From a virus (taxonomy: Duplodnaviria; Caudoviricetes): a DNA stretch of 61,111 nt. The DNA lies in the IMG/VR virus record IMGVR_UViG_3300016657_000047, positions 1-61,111 of that record. One strand, written 5' to 3'. Under the pieces are notes generated by a model. The model did no database searches. It saw only the letters and a program-made list of their open reading frames with translations, and had not been told where the DNA came from. Numbering within the stretch: position 1 is the first letter of the stretch; each line of letters opens with the position of its first letter. This document shows positions 1-9,696 of this stretch, piece by piece. The position numbers were made by a program, and so were the translations under genes.

Positions 1-1
1 C

Positions 2-85
2 ATCAATAAACTACGCCAGAACAACCAAGAAGTTCGCCGGAAGTATAATGACGCTAAATTAGCGTATCAGCGCAACTGTACGTAA
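2..85 (+). CDS. 3' end of an upstream gene (partial)
   Basis: Open frame from the window edge (INKLRQNNQEVRRKYNDAKLAYQRNCT*) ending just before the RNase H gene. Confidence 0.4.
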   Translation: MNKLRQNNQEVRRKYNDAKLAYQRNCT

Positions 86-139
86 TGTCTTATTTTACTG
101 CGTGTCATCATGGTTTGAGTATCTACAAGGACTGATGAC

Positions 140-1666
140 ATGACACAACAAAACATTACCCAGGGTTTGGTGCTGTATCCAGATGGTGGTGCAAAACCAA
201 ATCCCGGTCCGGCTGGTTATGGTGTACACGGTTACCTGTATTCGGTTGAAGAACCCAAGAAAGGTCTCGGTCTTGGTAGCATTATTGCAACCCGATCAGG
301 CTATCGTGAGAAGTCGCGTCCTCTGAGCGTAGAGGAAATTGACAAAGGGTTCTCCGATAAGCCAGTGAACATTCTCAAGTACGTGGACCTCTACTCGGCA
401 CATCCAGTAGAAGCTACCAATAACTTGGTAGAGCTGTTGGGTGCTACCCGTGCTTTGGAACTGGCACTGGAAATGGTGGTGTCTGAAGTATTGCTGCTGT
501 GTGATAGCAAATACGTTGTTCGTGGTAGCAATGAATGGCACCACCGCTGGGTCCAGAATGGTTGGAAAACTGTCAACGGTGAAGATGTTGCTAACCGTGT
601 TGAATGGCAGCGTTTCTTGGCCATTAAAGACGAATTGACGGTACGTGGTATTACCGTTAAACTCGAATGGACTCAGGGTCACGTGGAAAGCATCGAGAGT
701 GTTGGTAACAACAAAGCAGATAAGCTTGCCACGGTTGGCCGTATTCGCGCCAAAGAAGCTGTTGCGAAAGGTACGTCGTTCAATGAGTCGACACTGTCCG
801 ATCCTGATGGCTATTGGCGTACTCGCGTAGAGCGCCATCCGCTCATTAGCTTGCGTCGTATGTACTTTACTACCCAGAAGGAAAATCTGCAGGAAGGGGT
901 ATACCTCATTGGTAACCATGGTGCTGATGATCAGACTCTTGGTACCCGCACTGCCGACGGTGCTTACGGTGTAGTAACCCTACGTACTCCAGATGCCACT
1001 CTGGAGCGTATTCGTGAGAACCTTACCTACCCGGAAGGTGCGACCGAACGAGTAGCTGCTCTGCACTTAGATACCCTGTACAATCAGGATTTCTACAGTG
1101 ATTGGTTGTCGCATGACATGTTTGCCATCGACCGTTATATCCCAGGCACTGCTCACACCAGAACTCTCTCGGGGCTGCCGCTTTCGAATGAGTTCGATCC
1201 CCCGATGCTCTCTTGGCGTACAATGGACGCCTTGTCTGAGCTTTACCATGATCTTGCCGCAGTTAGTGCTAGCGGCTTCGCTTCCACATCTGGTTACAAG
1301 GTAAACGAAGTAACGGATACCTTCTACGAGTTGAAGGAAACGAAGAAAAACAAGAAAGGGGAAAGTGTATTCGAAAAGCAACTCAAACCGCAATTTAACG
1401 TAGGTTTCGCATCGCTCAATCTCGAGATTGATTACGATAACGAACAAACGACAAAAGGCAATGGGCGCCGTCCCATCACACTGACGTTGGGCGTTGATAT
1501 GCCTGAACGGAACACCATGAAAAACATCCAGGATCGTAATCCGCGAGTTTACGTGGTAGCAAAGTCGGTAAGTAAGGAAAGTTTCCGTTACTTCACGATT
1601 ATTGCAACAGATTGTGGGGTGGGGATTTACGCTGGCATCTACTCGAATATTCGCATCATCATTTGA
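140..1666 (+). CDS. rnhA: RNase HI with long C-terminal extension (phiKZ-like jumbo phage type)
   Basis: RNase H catalytic motifs YPDGG..PNPGPAGYG, TNNLVEL, CDSKYV, W..NGWKT, V.N..EW, GH...GN..AD.LA; AAGGA RBS upstream. Confidence 0.9.
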   Translation: MTQQNITQGLVLYPDGGAKPNPGPAGYGVHGYLYSVEEPKKGLGLGSIIATRSGYREKSRPLSVEEIDKGFSDKPVNILKYVDLYSAHPVEATNNLVELLGATRALELALEMVVSEVLLLCDSKYVVRGSNEWHHRWVQNGWKTVNGEDVANRVEWQRFLAIKDELTVRGITVKLEWTQGHVESIESVGNNKADKLATVGRIRAKEAVAKGTSFNESTLSDPDGYWRTRVERHPLISLRRMYFTTQKENLQEGVYLIGNHGADDQTLGTRTADGAYGVVTLRTPDATLERIRENLTYPEGATERVAALHLDTLYNQDFYSDWLSHDMFAIDRYIPGTAHTRTLSGLPLSNEFDPPMLSWRTMDALSELYHDLAAVSASGFASTSGYKVNEVTDTFYELKETKKNKKGESVFEKQLKPQFNVGFASLNLEIDYDNEQTTKGNGRRPITLTLGVDMPERNTMKNIQDRNPRVYVVAKSVSKESFRYFTIIATDCGVGIYAGIYSNIRIII

Positions 1667-1750
1667 GTAGACACACTCGGATCCCATTAATCACACATAG
1701 GTGGTCGTCCAATTTTACTCAATTGGACGACTGTTTCTAGGAGTAGAACC

Positions 1751-2170
1751 ATGCCTGAAACCACTCTACCAGGTCGCATGTTCGCCAACGTAGCAAGACG
1801 GTTACCTCAGCGCGTTAAACGTATGATCTTCATTTTTTCACTCTCCACCAAAGTGGCTCCCCGCCAGTCACTGGAAACTGATCATCTGAGTGTCGATACG
1901 TTAAAGTCGATCAATGACCTGATGCACGTTTGTGCCCGACCTGGTGCCATGATGGTGCCTAGCATGTTGTACAGCGTCATTTGGAACGGCCGCGAAGTCC
2001 CTAATCTGACTGAGCTGGCAAGTGAAGATGAGGCTTCCCAGGAATCTTTCATTGCCCGTATCCAACGGCAGGTTCCGTCTTGGCTTCGTTACGACAAAGT
2101 CGAGACAGATATCCGTACACTGGTCAAAAACCACAACTCGGTATTCCACGGTCCTGTCACTAAGGCATAA
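1751..2170 (+). CDS. hypothetical protein
   Basis: 139 aa ORF with AGGAG RBS, followed by a terminator hairpin. Confidence 0.75.
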   Translation: MPETTLPGRMFANVARRLPQRVKRMIFIFSLSTKVAPRQSLETDHLSVDTLKSINDLMHVCARPGAMMVPSMLYSVIWNGREVPNLTELASEDEASQESFIARIQRQVPSWLRYDKVETDIRTLVKNHNSVFHGPVTKA

Positions 2171-2181
2171 GTCCGCCATAC

Positions 2182-2209
2182 GGCTAGGTGAGGGAAACCT
2201 CACCTAGCC
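2182..2209. terminator. bidirectional terminator hairpin
   Basis: GGCTAGGTGAGG-GAAA-CCTCACCTAGCC, a perfect 12 bp stem between convergent genes. Confidence 0.85.
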
Positions 2210-2222
2210 TATATGCCGTCAG

Positions 2223-3461
2223 TTAATAGTTAGTGCCGATTTTCTGATGGAACAATCGATCGTTCAAGAATCGATGAGTCGGATCTTTCGAATCAGACAA
2301 AGCCTGTTCAGTATTGTAATCTAGTGCTGTTTTAAATAAGTAATTAGGGCGAACGGTGCCGCCAGATGAAATTGACCAGCGACCATCCTCATAAGTCGAC
2401 CAGAAGTTCATGGTGCGACCAAACCCGCTAATAACTGGCCAGATAGGTGCAATATCGGACAAATACAAACCAGGCAAGGTGGTGGCAGGTAGTGCTTCAT
2501 ATTCAACGAAGATTTCTTTGTTGTCGAGTAGCACTACAAACGACTGACTTAACTGTAAATACTTGCGAATAGCAGCATCACTGTACAGTTGTTGAGGAGA
2601 CACTACACTAGGGTTAAAGTCCGAAGTATCAAGTTCAAGAGAGGAGAGATCAATGACATCACGCGACTCATAAAAGCGTTCAAGTAGCGGGATGTTTTCA
2701 AACTCGATGCAGAAAGACGTGTCACCAACACGATAGATCACGCGGTGGTCCAAAACGTGCAGATAACCACCAATGACCACCATTAGGGTTTTTTCATTGA
2801 GGTCTTCGCCAAGATTGATATAAGCACGCTTACCCAATTGTTCATCGGCAGTTTGATTATAAATCATGCTATCCGTGATTGGAATAACTTTAAGAGTACC
2901 TAGGTTCTTAAAGCTCGTGATACCAATATGGTTGTCGCGAGCCTGTCGTGCAGTAGCCATACCGTCAATTACCCAAATACCTTGATCATTGGCCTCAGTG
3001 CGATGATAAAAGCCATTGACCGTTACCATGCAAGTTTTGCCAAACAAAGCATAGTCGGTATTAGGACGAGTAAGGAACAACCAATCCTTAGCCCCGAGTG
3101 GTAGTTCGGCATCAGGCGATGTAAGTTCATTAATCGGATTGACTTTATAGCCAGATTTAAAGGCGTCGCCGTACAAAGCATAACGAACATTTAAGTTAGG
3201 AAGTGTAGGGCTGGTAGGTAGACTATTTTCACCCAGTGAAGCTAGGTATTCGTTGAAAGTTTGACTAGAGCCGGCCTGTTCTTTACGCACTGCATCCAGA
3301 TTAAAAGAAACGTTATTTGGTAGAAATGGGTTGCTGAGAATTGCTACGGTCTGACGGAAAGTAGTGTAGATATCAGACATAGGCATATTTCCGATATCGG
3401 CAGATTCCCAGCGTCCGTCAGAATCCACCGTCTTGACAACTGTTGAAACCAAGGTATACAT
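2223..3461 (-). CDS. putative virion structural protein (phiKZ-like)
   Basis: 412 aa with GGAGG RBS; beta-rich, with TVNG..H motifs resembling jumbo-phage virion proteins; divergent from the fibre genes. Confidence 0.6.
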   Translation of the reverse strand: MYTLVSTVVKTVDSDGRWESADIGNMPMSDIYTTFRQTVAILSNPFLPNNVSFNLDAVRKEQAGSSQTFNEYLASLGENSLPTSPTLPNLNVRYALYGDAFKSGYKVNPINELTSPDAELPLGAKDWLFLTRPNTDYALFGKTCMVTVNGFYHRTEANDQGIWVIDGMATARQARDNHIGITSFKNLGTLKVIPITDSMIYNQTADEQLGKRAYINLGEDLNEKTLMVVIGGYLHVLDHRVIYRVGDTSFCIEFENIPLLERFYESRDVIDLSSLELDTSDFNPSVVSPQQLYSDAAIRKYLQLSQSFVVLLDNKEIFVEYEALPATTLPGLYLSDIAPIWPVISGFGRTMNFWSTYEDGRWSISSGGTVRPNYLFKTALDYNTEQALSDSKDPTHRFLNDRLFHQKIGTNY

Positions 3462-3547
3462 GCACTTTACCTCCTAGTGGGGTTCTCAAATACTATAGAC
3501 TTAGCATTAGGTTCTATAGGATATCGGCTTTCACCAGGAGAGTGTGT

Positions 3548-5686
3548 ATGAGTACTATCCCCTCCTATCCATTTGACCCCACTGGTCTTTTGGCTAGTAA
3601 TTTGATCGCTGGCGAACAGCAGATCATCACCGCTAATAACTGGCGCGATTACCATTTCATCGTGCCAAAATATGCCCCCTACTTCATGGACACCATGAAG
3701 ATCATTTATAAAGACACAGTGGGCGTACAAAAGATTCTACAGAAAGGTGTAGACTGGTACGAGTCGCATGAATTTATTTCTGCGAGTCGAGCTTGCGCCA
3801 CTCCGATCTTTGGTTCGATTAGCTTCCTTAATACAAGTCTAGCCGGTGTGGTTACTTTACAGTACCAGACCATTGGCGGTATTTGGGTTCAGGATGAACA
3901 AAAGATTTCTGAAATACTGGCAAACGTACTTCATAACCCACGCGTCACAGCATGGGAAGAAGTAATCGACATGCCCTATGCATTTCCACCAATTGATCAC
4001 GAGTGGAATTTGGTCGACATGGTCGGTATGTCTGAGGTGGTCGAATCTCTTCGTGATATCGAGACTTACATTCGACAGCAAGGACAAGATGGTTTAGTGA
4101 ACCATTTGGCGGATTTTAATAATCCGCACCGAGTGTCTGCTGAACAAGTGGGCTTGGGTTACGTAAGGAACATGCCAACTGCCTCTAAGGCAGAAGCCAT
4201 GGCAGGTACATCCGATAATGTATACCTAACTCCATGGTCGGCCAATCAACTGGTTACTGCATTGTTCGGTAACGGCATGAACACTCATTTGCAGGATTTT
4301 AATAATCCACATCGAGTGACAGCCGAACAAGTCAATGCATACAACAAGCAAGCCATGGATAGTTTGCTAGCTAGTAAACTGAATACCACAGACGCTGCTG
4401 CAGACGCCAGTAAGTTTAACGGTATGTTGCCTGCCGAATATGCAGCATATGTCTTGCAAGGGACAGCAGCAAACTCTATCCTGTTTTCTGGGCGCACATA
4501 TCTGCAGCTGCTGGAAGATGTTCAGGGTGGTGCCAGTGCCAATGCCATGCAGTTTAATGGCATGGATCAAGATGCCTATAAAGCATTTGTATTGGGTTCT
4601 GGTGTAGCGTATGATAGCGCTCGTTTTGGTGGCGTGTTATATAACGACTTTGTTAATAACATTGCAAACTCAACAGTGCTGAATTCCCAGAATCTCAATG
4701 GTCTGTCTCTAGCACAAGTCACAACACAGATTCTTTCGGGTACCGCATCCAATGCTGCAAAGTTTGGTGGTCTGTCTCCGGGCGACTATGCTATTTCGGT
4801 ACTGCAAGGTACTGCCGCGAATGCTGAAACGTTGGCCGGTATGACACCTAGTCAACTAGCTGCTTGGATCATGTCGAGCACTTCCGCAGGCGCTGCGTCC
4901 GACAGCCTGAAGTTTGCGGGTATGGATAAGGACCAATACAAGGAATTTGTATTGGCTACTGGCTCTGCTTACGATAGTAATCGTTTTGGTGGCCTGACTC
5001 CGACTGAATTTATCGACCAAGTTCAGCAAGGTACAAGTGCCAATGCTGATATGTTTGCTGGGATGAATTATAATGACTGGCAAACAAACATTCTAGGCTT
5101 GATTGATGGTAAGGCAGCTAACCAAACTACTCATCTAGGAACGACAGGTGAGTCGATTCGCACAAACTATCGTGCACTGGGTAATCTACATATGCCAAGT
5201 GCCGGCGAACCAGCTTCGGCCTATCCAGATGCATTTTGGTTGGTTTCTGGTGGCGACTCTAATGGTGGTGTTGACTCGACTTTGTTCTTGGTGCGAGTTA
5301 ATGTTCGCGGTACGATCGGTACGCCGATTGTCAATGTTAAGTGTATTCATGGTAATGGATCTGACGCTACATTTGGCTGGAACACGACAACTATTGATGA
5401 CCCGACATCACCCGGCGGTTCGTATGTCCAAGCAACCATTTACATCTCTACAGCGCAAGATATTGGTACCATCACCGTGACGGAGCTGTCACGGAGTCAG
5501 GCATCGACTATTTTCACTGAGGCCAATGTTACTGCAGTGGTACCTACAGGTTTCCAGGTAGTGAATGGACCTTATGCTACTTTGGTTGATTCTAATGACT
5601 TCGCTGTATTGCAGGCAGATGTAGCAAGTGCGTTTGATTCTCTGACTACGGCATTTAATAACCTTCAGACTAGTCTGGGTGTTTAA
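3548..5686 (+). CDS. tail-fibre/baseplate-associated virion protein with NPH and A-x-(N/D)-(A/S)-x-x-F-x-G repeats
   Basis: Start reassigned to ATG 3548 (AGGAG RBS). N-terminal YPFDPTG domain shared with the next gene; two H..DFNNPHRV.AEQV repeats; ten ~23 aa tandem repeats. Confidence 0.75.
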   Translation: MSTIPSYPFDPTGLLASNLIAGEQQIITANNWRDYHFIVPKYAPYFMDTMKIIYKDTVGVQKILQKGVDWYESHEFISASRACATPIFGSISFLNTSLAGVVTLQYQTIGGIWVQDEQKISEILANVLHNPRVTAWEEVIDMPYAFPPIDHEWNLVDMVGMSEVVESLRDIETYIRQQGQDGLVNHLADFNNPHRVSAEQVGLGYVRNMPTASKAEAMAGTSDNVYLTPWSANQLVTALFGNGMNTHLQDFNNPHRVTAEQVNAYNKQAMDSLLASKLNTTDAAADASKFNGMLPAEYAAYVLQGTAANSILFSGRTYLQLLEDVQGGASANAMQFNGMDQDAYKAFVLGSGVAYDSARFGGVLYNDFVNNIANSTVLNSQNLNGLSLAQVTTQILSGTASNAAKFGGLSPGDYAISVLQGTAANAETLAGMTPSQLAAWIMSSTSAGAASDSLKFAGMDKDQYKEFVLATGSAYDSNRFGGLTPTEFIDQVQQGTSANADMFAGMNYNDWQTNILGLIDGKAANQTTHLGTTGESIRTNYRALGNLHMPSAGEPASAYPDAFWLVSGGDSNGGVDSTLFLVRVNVRGTIGTPIVNVKCIHGNGSDATFGWNTTTIDDPTSPGGSYVQATIYISTAQDIGTITVTELSRSQASTIFTEANVTAVVPTGFQVVNGPYATLVDSNDFAVLQADVASAFDSLTTAFNNLQTSLGV
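4396..5098 (+). repeat. ten ~23 aa tandem protein repeats (approximate bounds)
   Basis: AADASKFNG, AANSILFSG, SANAMQFNG, AYDSARFGG, VLNSQNLNG, ASNAAKFGG, AANAETLAG, ASDSLKFAG, AYDSNRFGG, SANADMFAG, each followed by a short helical segment. Confidence 0.8.
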
Positions 5687-5693
5687 TAAATGA

Positions 5694-5713
5694 GGGGTGG
5701 GTAATCCCACCCC
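5694..5713 (+). terminator. stem-loop
   Basis: GGGGTGGG-TAAT-CCCACCCC in the intergenic gap. Confidence 0.6.
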
Positions 5714-5736
5714 CATTACTTTTAAAGGACAAACCG

Positions 5737-6993
5737 ATGGTGCCTCAGGTAATTCGGTATCCGCTCGATCCAACGGGAACCAACCCGAATAACTTTATTC
5801 AGGGCGAACCACATACCTTAGTGAACCGTAAGGTGCGTGCTATTGCACCAACATATGGCGCGTTCTTCACGGAATCACTAAAAATCTACGATAGCAGTAC
5901 AAACCTACCGCTCACTAGCGAACAGTTTGAAGCGGTAGAGATGTATGAACTCCCTACTTACCGGTATGGTAAAGAGATCTGTTCTATTATACTGATCACT
6001 GATAGCAGCGTGAGTAATAACGTTACGCTCGACTATCAATGCCTAGGCGGTGAGTTCGGGTATTCAGTTGAAGCTATTGCTCAGCAGATTGAAAATCTTG
6101 ATCTCGACTCTAGACCAGTAGCGTGGCCGGATATCATTGCTAAGCCGAGAGACTATCCGCCTTCCATGCACTTGCATGATATCGGTGATGTATACGGGTT
6201 TGAATATCTGGTACATGCAATCGACCGTCTGCGTGCTGCTGTGGAATTGGGAGATGCTGCCTCTCACGATGTAATCTATGGCTACATCGATAAAATCGAA
6301 GGTCTATTACAGGCACAGTTGGATAGTCAAGGCAATGCTCTGCTAGCACATGAGAATGACTTTGGCAATCCACATCGAGTGACAGCCGAACAAATTAACG
6401 TTTACGTTAAAGGGGCGGTGGATGCCTTTATCAACCAACTGACGAATAACCTGAATGCACACGCAGCGGATCGTAATAATCCACACCAGGTAACGGCAGG
6501 TCAGTTGAAGGTATATCTCAAGACAGAGACTGATGCGCTACTTAGCAATCTGTTCACTACACTTAACAGCGTCTTAACTGACCATAAGGTCGATTACAAC
6601 AATCCACATCGGACTACAGCAGCGCAAGTGGGTGCGTATACCACGGCACAAATTGACACTAAGTTGTCAGATATCAATGCAAAGTTGACTAACCATACGA
6701 GTGATATTCAAAACCCACATCAAACAACCGCAGTCCAAGTAGGTTTGGGAAATGTGCCTAACCTTAAGATGGCTACAGCTACTGAATTCGCAGATGCTGT
6801 GGAAGCACGTTTTACAAACCCAGCTCAGGTGCAGTCATTGATGGAAACGCACAAAAACAGTGGTGATCACGATGCTCGGTATATTCTTAAAGGTGTGCCT
6901 GGTGTCGAATCTAGCCTTATGGTAAACAACGGTATTGGTTACATGTGGATTAACGGCGCATGGCGTCAGATCTGGCCGGCACAGTGGGCGTAA
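5737..6993 (+). CDS. tail-fibre-associated virion protein, paralog of 3548..5686
   Basis: N-terminal YPLDPTG..N...GE domain; four H..D..NPH..TA.Q repeats; C-terminal W.NGAWRQIW. Confidence 0.75.
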   Translation: MVPQVIRYPLDPTGTNPNNFIQGEPHTLVNRKVRAIAPTYGAFFTESLKIYDSSTNLPLTSEQFEAVEMYELPTYRYGKEICSIILITDSSVSNNVTLDYQCLGGEFGYSVEAIAQQIENLDLDSRPVAWPDIIAKPRDYPPSMHLHDIGDVYGFEYLVHAIDRLRAAVELGDAASHDVIYGYIDKIEGLLQAQLDSQGNALLAHENDFGNPHRVTAEQINVYVKGAVDAFINQLTNNLNAHAADRNNPHQVTAGQLKVYLKTETDALLSNLFTTLNSVLTDHKVDYNNPHRTTAAQVGAYTTAQIDTKLSDINAKLTNHTSDIQNPHQTTAVQVGLGNVPNLKMATATEFADAVEARFTNPAQVQSLMETHKNSGDHDARYILKGVPGVESSLMVNNGIGYMWINGAWRQIWPAQWA

Positions 6994-7000
6994 GAGAATG

Positions 7001-7054
7001 ATTCACTACTCTCGCTGGTGCGACAACCAGTGGGAGTGGTGAATGTTCTTTTTT
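7001..7054 (+). terminator. Rho-independent terminator
   Basis: Long imperfect stem ATTCACTACTCTCGCTGGT / ACCAGTGGGAGTGGTGAAT followed by a T-run. Confidence 0.75.
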
Positions 7055-7121
7055 ACGTTAGGAAATCATTGTATAGAAGTGGGATTTCCGACATCCGGTC
7101 TTGGCATGTTAGGAGTAACAA

Positions 7122-8282
7122 ATGGCTCAAATGTTGACAACAACGAGCGGGATTAGTAACCTTAATGTAGCCGCTATGCAGTCTGTGATTAACAATATCC
7201 GGGCACGATTGGCTACTAGTAAAAATATTCGAGCACAAGACATCCAGGATCTCATGTGGGTTTATAACTCTTGGATCCAACATACACACAGCGTGACGGA
7301 TTTCTACTGGACCGCTTACGGTAATGCGTCGGCATATAGCACCACATCAGTGAATGGGGTCACCAGTACCGTACTGCGCCCTGATCAGTTGACAGGTAAA
7401 AGCTTTAGGATCCTTGCCGACTTCGCTACACCTGACTCCGTCATTATGTGGCAAGTACCACCAGACATGTCGGAATTAAATGCCGTGGTAGTCGGAGGAG
7501 GAGGTGGTGGTGGAGGTAGTACGACCAAACCAAATTGGGATAGCGGCCCCGGCGCCGGTGGCGGTTCTGGTTATATTACCACTGCGACTATCCCGGTTAC
7601 ACCAGGTGAATGGCTCAGTATTGAAGTGGGCGCTGGCGGTACTCAGGGTACACATGGTCTTTATGTGTCTGGCGGTACTGGTGGGCGCGGTGGTACTTCA
7701 CGCATTAAGCGTGGCAATACTGTGCTGGCAGAAGCGCTTGGCGGCTTTGGGGGTGGAGGTGCTCGTTGGTGGGGCGGTGGTTCTAATTGGGGCAGTAGTG
7801 GTATGCCAGCTGCCCCCGGTGGCATTGGGCTTTTTAACGGTCAAAATGGTGGCGCCGGTAACAACGATATTGAACATTCTTATCAGGCCGGTAACGGTGC
7901 TGGTGTTGGTGGTCCTCCGAAGGTTAATATCTCCGGTGGTGATGGTTTAAATGGTTATGTTGGCGCTAAACAAGGTACTTCGCGTTGGCAAGGTTCTTGG
8001 CTACAAAACCAAGGGGGTGGTGGTGGCGGCTGGGCTGGAAACGGCAACGCCATGTTTGGTGGTTTGGGTGGTGGTGGTGGTGGGGGTGGCTTGAGCCGTG
8101 CCGGTGAAGTCGGTGGAAATGGCTATATAGCTTTCATTATCCCTATCCCACCGGTAGCCCAGGCTGATTTCCCTGATTTCATTAGCGGGGCCACTATCAA
8201 TACTGAATTGGTGCGGCGTTTTATTAGCATCATCAATGCGATTAAACAGCACAGCCACTCCATTACCGATACGTGGTATTAA
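7122..8282 (+). CDS. glycine-rich virion/fibre-like protein with two HxH modules
   Basis: Gly-rich domain (VVGGGGGGGG, GAGGGSG, VTPGE.L.I.VGAGG, GG.GYI) flanked by QHTHSVTD and QHSHSITD motifs; AGGAG RBS. Confidence 0.75.
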   Translation: MAQMLTTTSGISNLNVAAMQSVINNIRARLATSKNIRAQDIQDLMWVYNSWIQHTHSVTDFYWTAYGNASAYSTTSVNGVTSTVLRPDQLTGKSFRILADFATPDSVIMWQVPPDMSELNAVVVGGGGGGGGSTTKPNWDSGPGAGGGSGYITTATIPVTPGEWLSIEVGAGGTQGTHGLYVSGGTGGRGGTSRIKRGNTVLAEALGGFGGGGARWWGGGSNWGSSGMPAAPGGIGLFNGQNGGAGNNDIEHSYQAGNGAGVGGPPKVNISGGDGLNGYVGAKQGTSRWQGSWLQNQGGGGGGWAGNGNAMFGGLGGGGGGGGLSRAGEVGGNGYIAFIIPIPPVAQADFPDFISGATINTELVRRFISIINAIKQHSHSITDTWY

Positions 8283-8297
8283 TTTTAAGGTACAAAT

Positions 8298-8519
8298 ATG
8301 CCATCGTCTTCTTTTGAATACGTGTCGACAGTAGCGTCACCGCAACCAGATATCACACCTCCGGTAGCGGGCGCCACAATGTCACAATCCACCATCACTC
8401 AAATGACGGATGTGTTGGAATCCTTGTTGACGCATACCCATGTTTTTTACGACGATTATGGGACTGCATGCAATTGTAACTGCAATTGTAACTGCAACTG
8501 CACTCGCGGATCCCTTTAA
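8298..8519 (+). CDS. 73 aa Cys/Asn-repeat peptide, candidate RiPP-like precursor or modified fibre-tip peptide
   Basis: AAGG RBS; ends HTHVFYDDYGTACNCNCNCNCNCTRGSL (6 Cys, 5 Asn) using mixed synonymous codons; lies upstream of four radical SAM genes. Confidence 0.75.
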   Translation: MPSSSFEYVSTVASPQPDITPPVAGATMSQSTITQMTDVLESLLTHTHVFYDDYGTACNCNCNCNCNCTRGSL

Positions 8520-8566
8520 TCTCATTCTGTGGGTATTTTAACCAAAAAATAAAGGAGATTAGATAG

Positions 8567-8594
8567 CTCCCCACAACCCGAAGGCTGTGGGGAG
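8567..8594. terminator. stem-loop between convergent genes
   Basis: CTCCCCACA...TGTGGGGAG. Confidence 0.65.
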
Positions 8595-8599
8595 TATCG

Positions 8600-9661
8600 C
8601 TACTTAGTTTTCCTTTTCTTTCTATTACGTGCACTTTCTGCCAACTTAGCTCGATAGGCAGGATCAGCATTGCGTGCCCTGATCTTTTCGGTCTGTTGTG
8701 CACGGTAAACAGGGTCAGCCCAGCGGTTCTTGAGTTTACTCCCGATTTTCTTTCCGATATCAGGGTTATCTTCAAGTCGTTTCTTATTTACTTGATTACG
8801 GAATTCTTTGTATTCCGGATCTTTGTATTTCTCCGTGTGAATAGCACTGAGTTTAGCGCGAAGGTCAGGTTGATCGTCGTAACGTTGTTGATTGATCTCA
8901 GTTTGCTTTTGTCTGAACTCAGGATCTTGCCAGTTAGCAGCATGTGTTTCACTAAGCTTGTTATTCAGATCGCAGGACAGATACCGATCTTGGTTAGCCT
9001 TCGTGCGTTTAGCCCGCATCTCCGGATCAGCCCATTGATCGACCATGCGTGCACTGGCGTTCTTGACGTTCTTAGCACGTTTAACCGGATCAGCCCACTC
9101 AGCTTTCTTGCGGTCAGAACGACCCTGTCTTACTTTAGGATCTACATTGACCCTTTTTAAGTGTTCAAGATGTTTTTGAAGAAGGATAGGGTTATTGATG
9201 TACTGGGCTTTAACTGCACCACTGTGCAACTCACGTTGTTCCTCGGACATCGGAATTAAGTTGTTAGTGGCTACTGGAGAGAGATTGCAAATGAAAATGG
9301 ATTGTTTGAAGTAACTGATCAGTTCGTGTTCTACTTGCAGAGCTTCTTCGATTGTAGGATAAATACGGTAGTAGAAATCAATTTCGCTACCACTTTCTTT
9401 GTAGGAAAGTAGAACGTTACGATTCTTATGAGTGCCTCTGATTAGTTCAGATTTATGGCTTACTGCCCTGTTCCTGATAGCGGTTGAAGACCCAATGTAG
9501 AAGGTGCCCAGTTTATAGAAATGAAGAATGTAAACACCAGGTTCGTTGGGAATCAACGATACCATACCTGTATTGAAGAGATTAGTTCTCTGATAACCTA
9601 ACAGATTAACATGATCCAATGCGATGCGATCATGTGGTTCATGGTCGACTGAGTTAGTCAT
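8600..9661 (-). CDS. GIY-YIG homing endonuclease with repetitive helical C-terminal region
   Basis: GVYILH..FYIGSS..R...H...L..GTHKN, E..LI, N motifs; C-terminal (W/Y).DP..R.K repeats. Confidence 0.85.
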   Translation of the reverse strand: MTNSVDHEPHDRIALDHVNLLGYQRTNLFNTGMVSLIPNEPGVYILHFYKLGTFYIGSSTAIRNRAVSHKSELIRGTHKNRNVLLSYKESGSEIDFYYRIYPTIEEALQVEHELISYFKQSIFICNLSPVATNNLIPMSEEQRELHSGAVKAQYINNPILLQKHLEHLKRVNVDPKVRQGRSDRKKAEWADPVKRAKNVKNASARMVDQWADPEMRAKRTKANQDRYLSCDLNNKLSETHAANWQDPEFRQKQTEINQQRYDDQPDLRAKLSAIHTEKYKDPEYKEFRNQVNKKRLEDNPDIGKKIGSKLKNRWADPVYRAQQTEKIRARNADPAYRAKLAESARNRKKRKTK

Positions 9662-9696
9662 TGTGCTTCCTTTCGATCATTAATGTTACCCTCGTT

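Noticed and set aside
3443-3547. Upstream extension of the 747 aa ORF (likewise at 16561, 41049, 45808, 54811 and 58231)
   Set aside because: They overlap neighbouring genes or terminators; downstream ATGs have better RBS and context.
7490-8110. GGT-rich DNA as a G-quadruplex or repeat element
   Set aside because: Explained by poly-Gly coding in the Gly-rich protein.
8469-8501. TGYAAY hexamer repeat as a microsatellite or CRISPR-like array
   Set aside because: It is in frame, synonymously varied and has no spacers; better explained as the Cys-Asn coding repeat. No CRISPR array was seen in the window.
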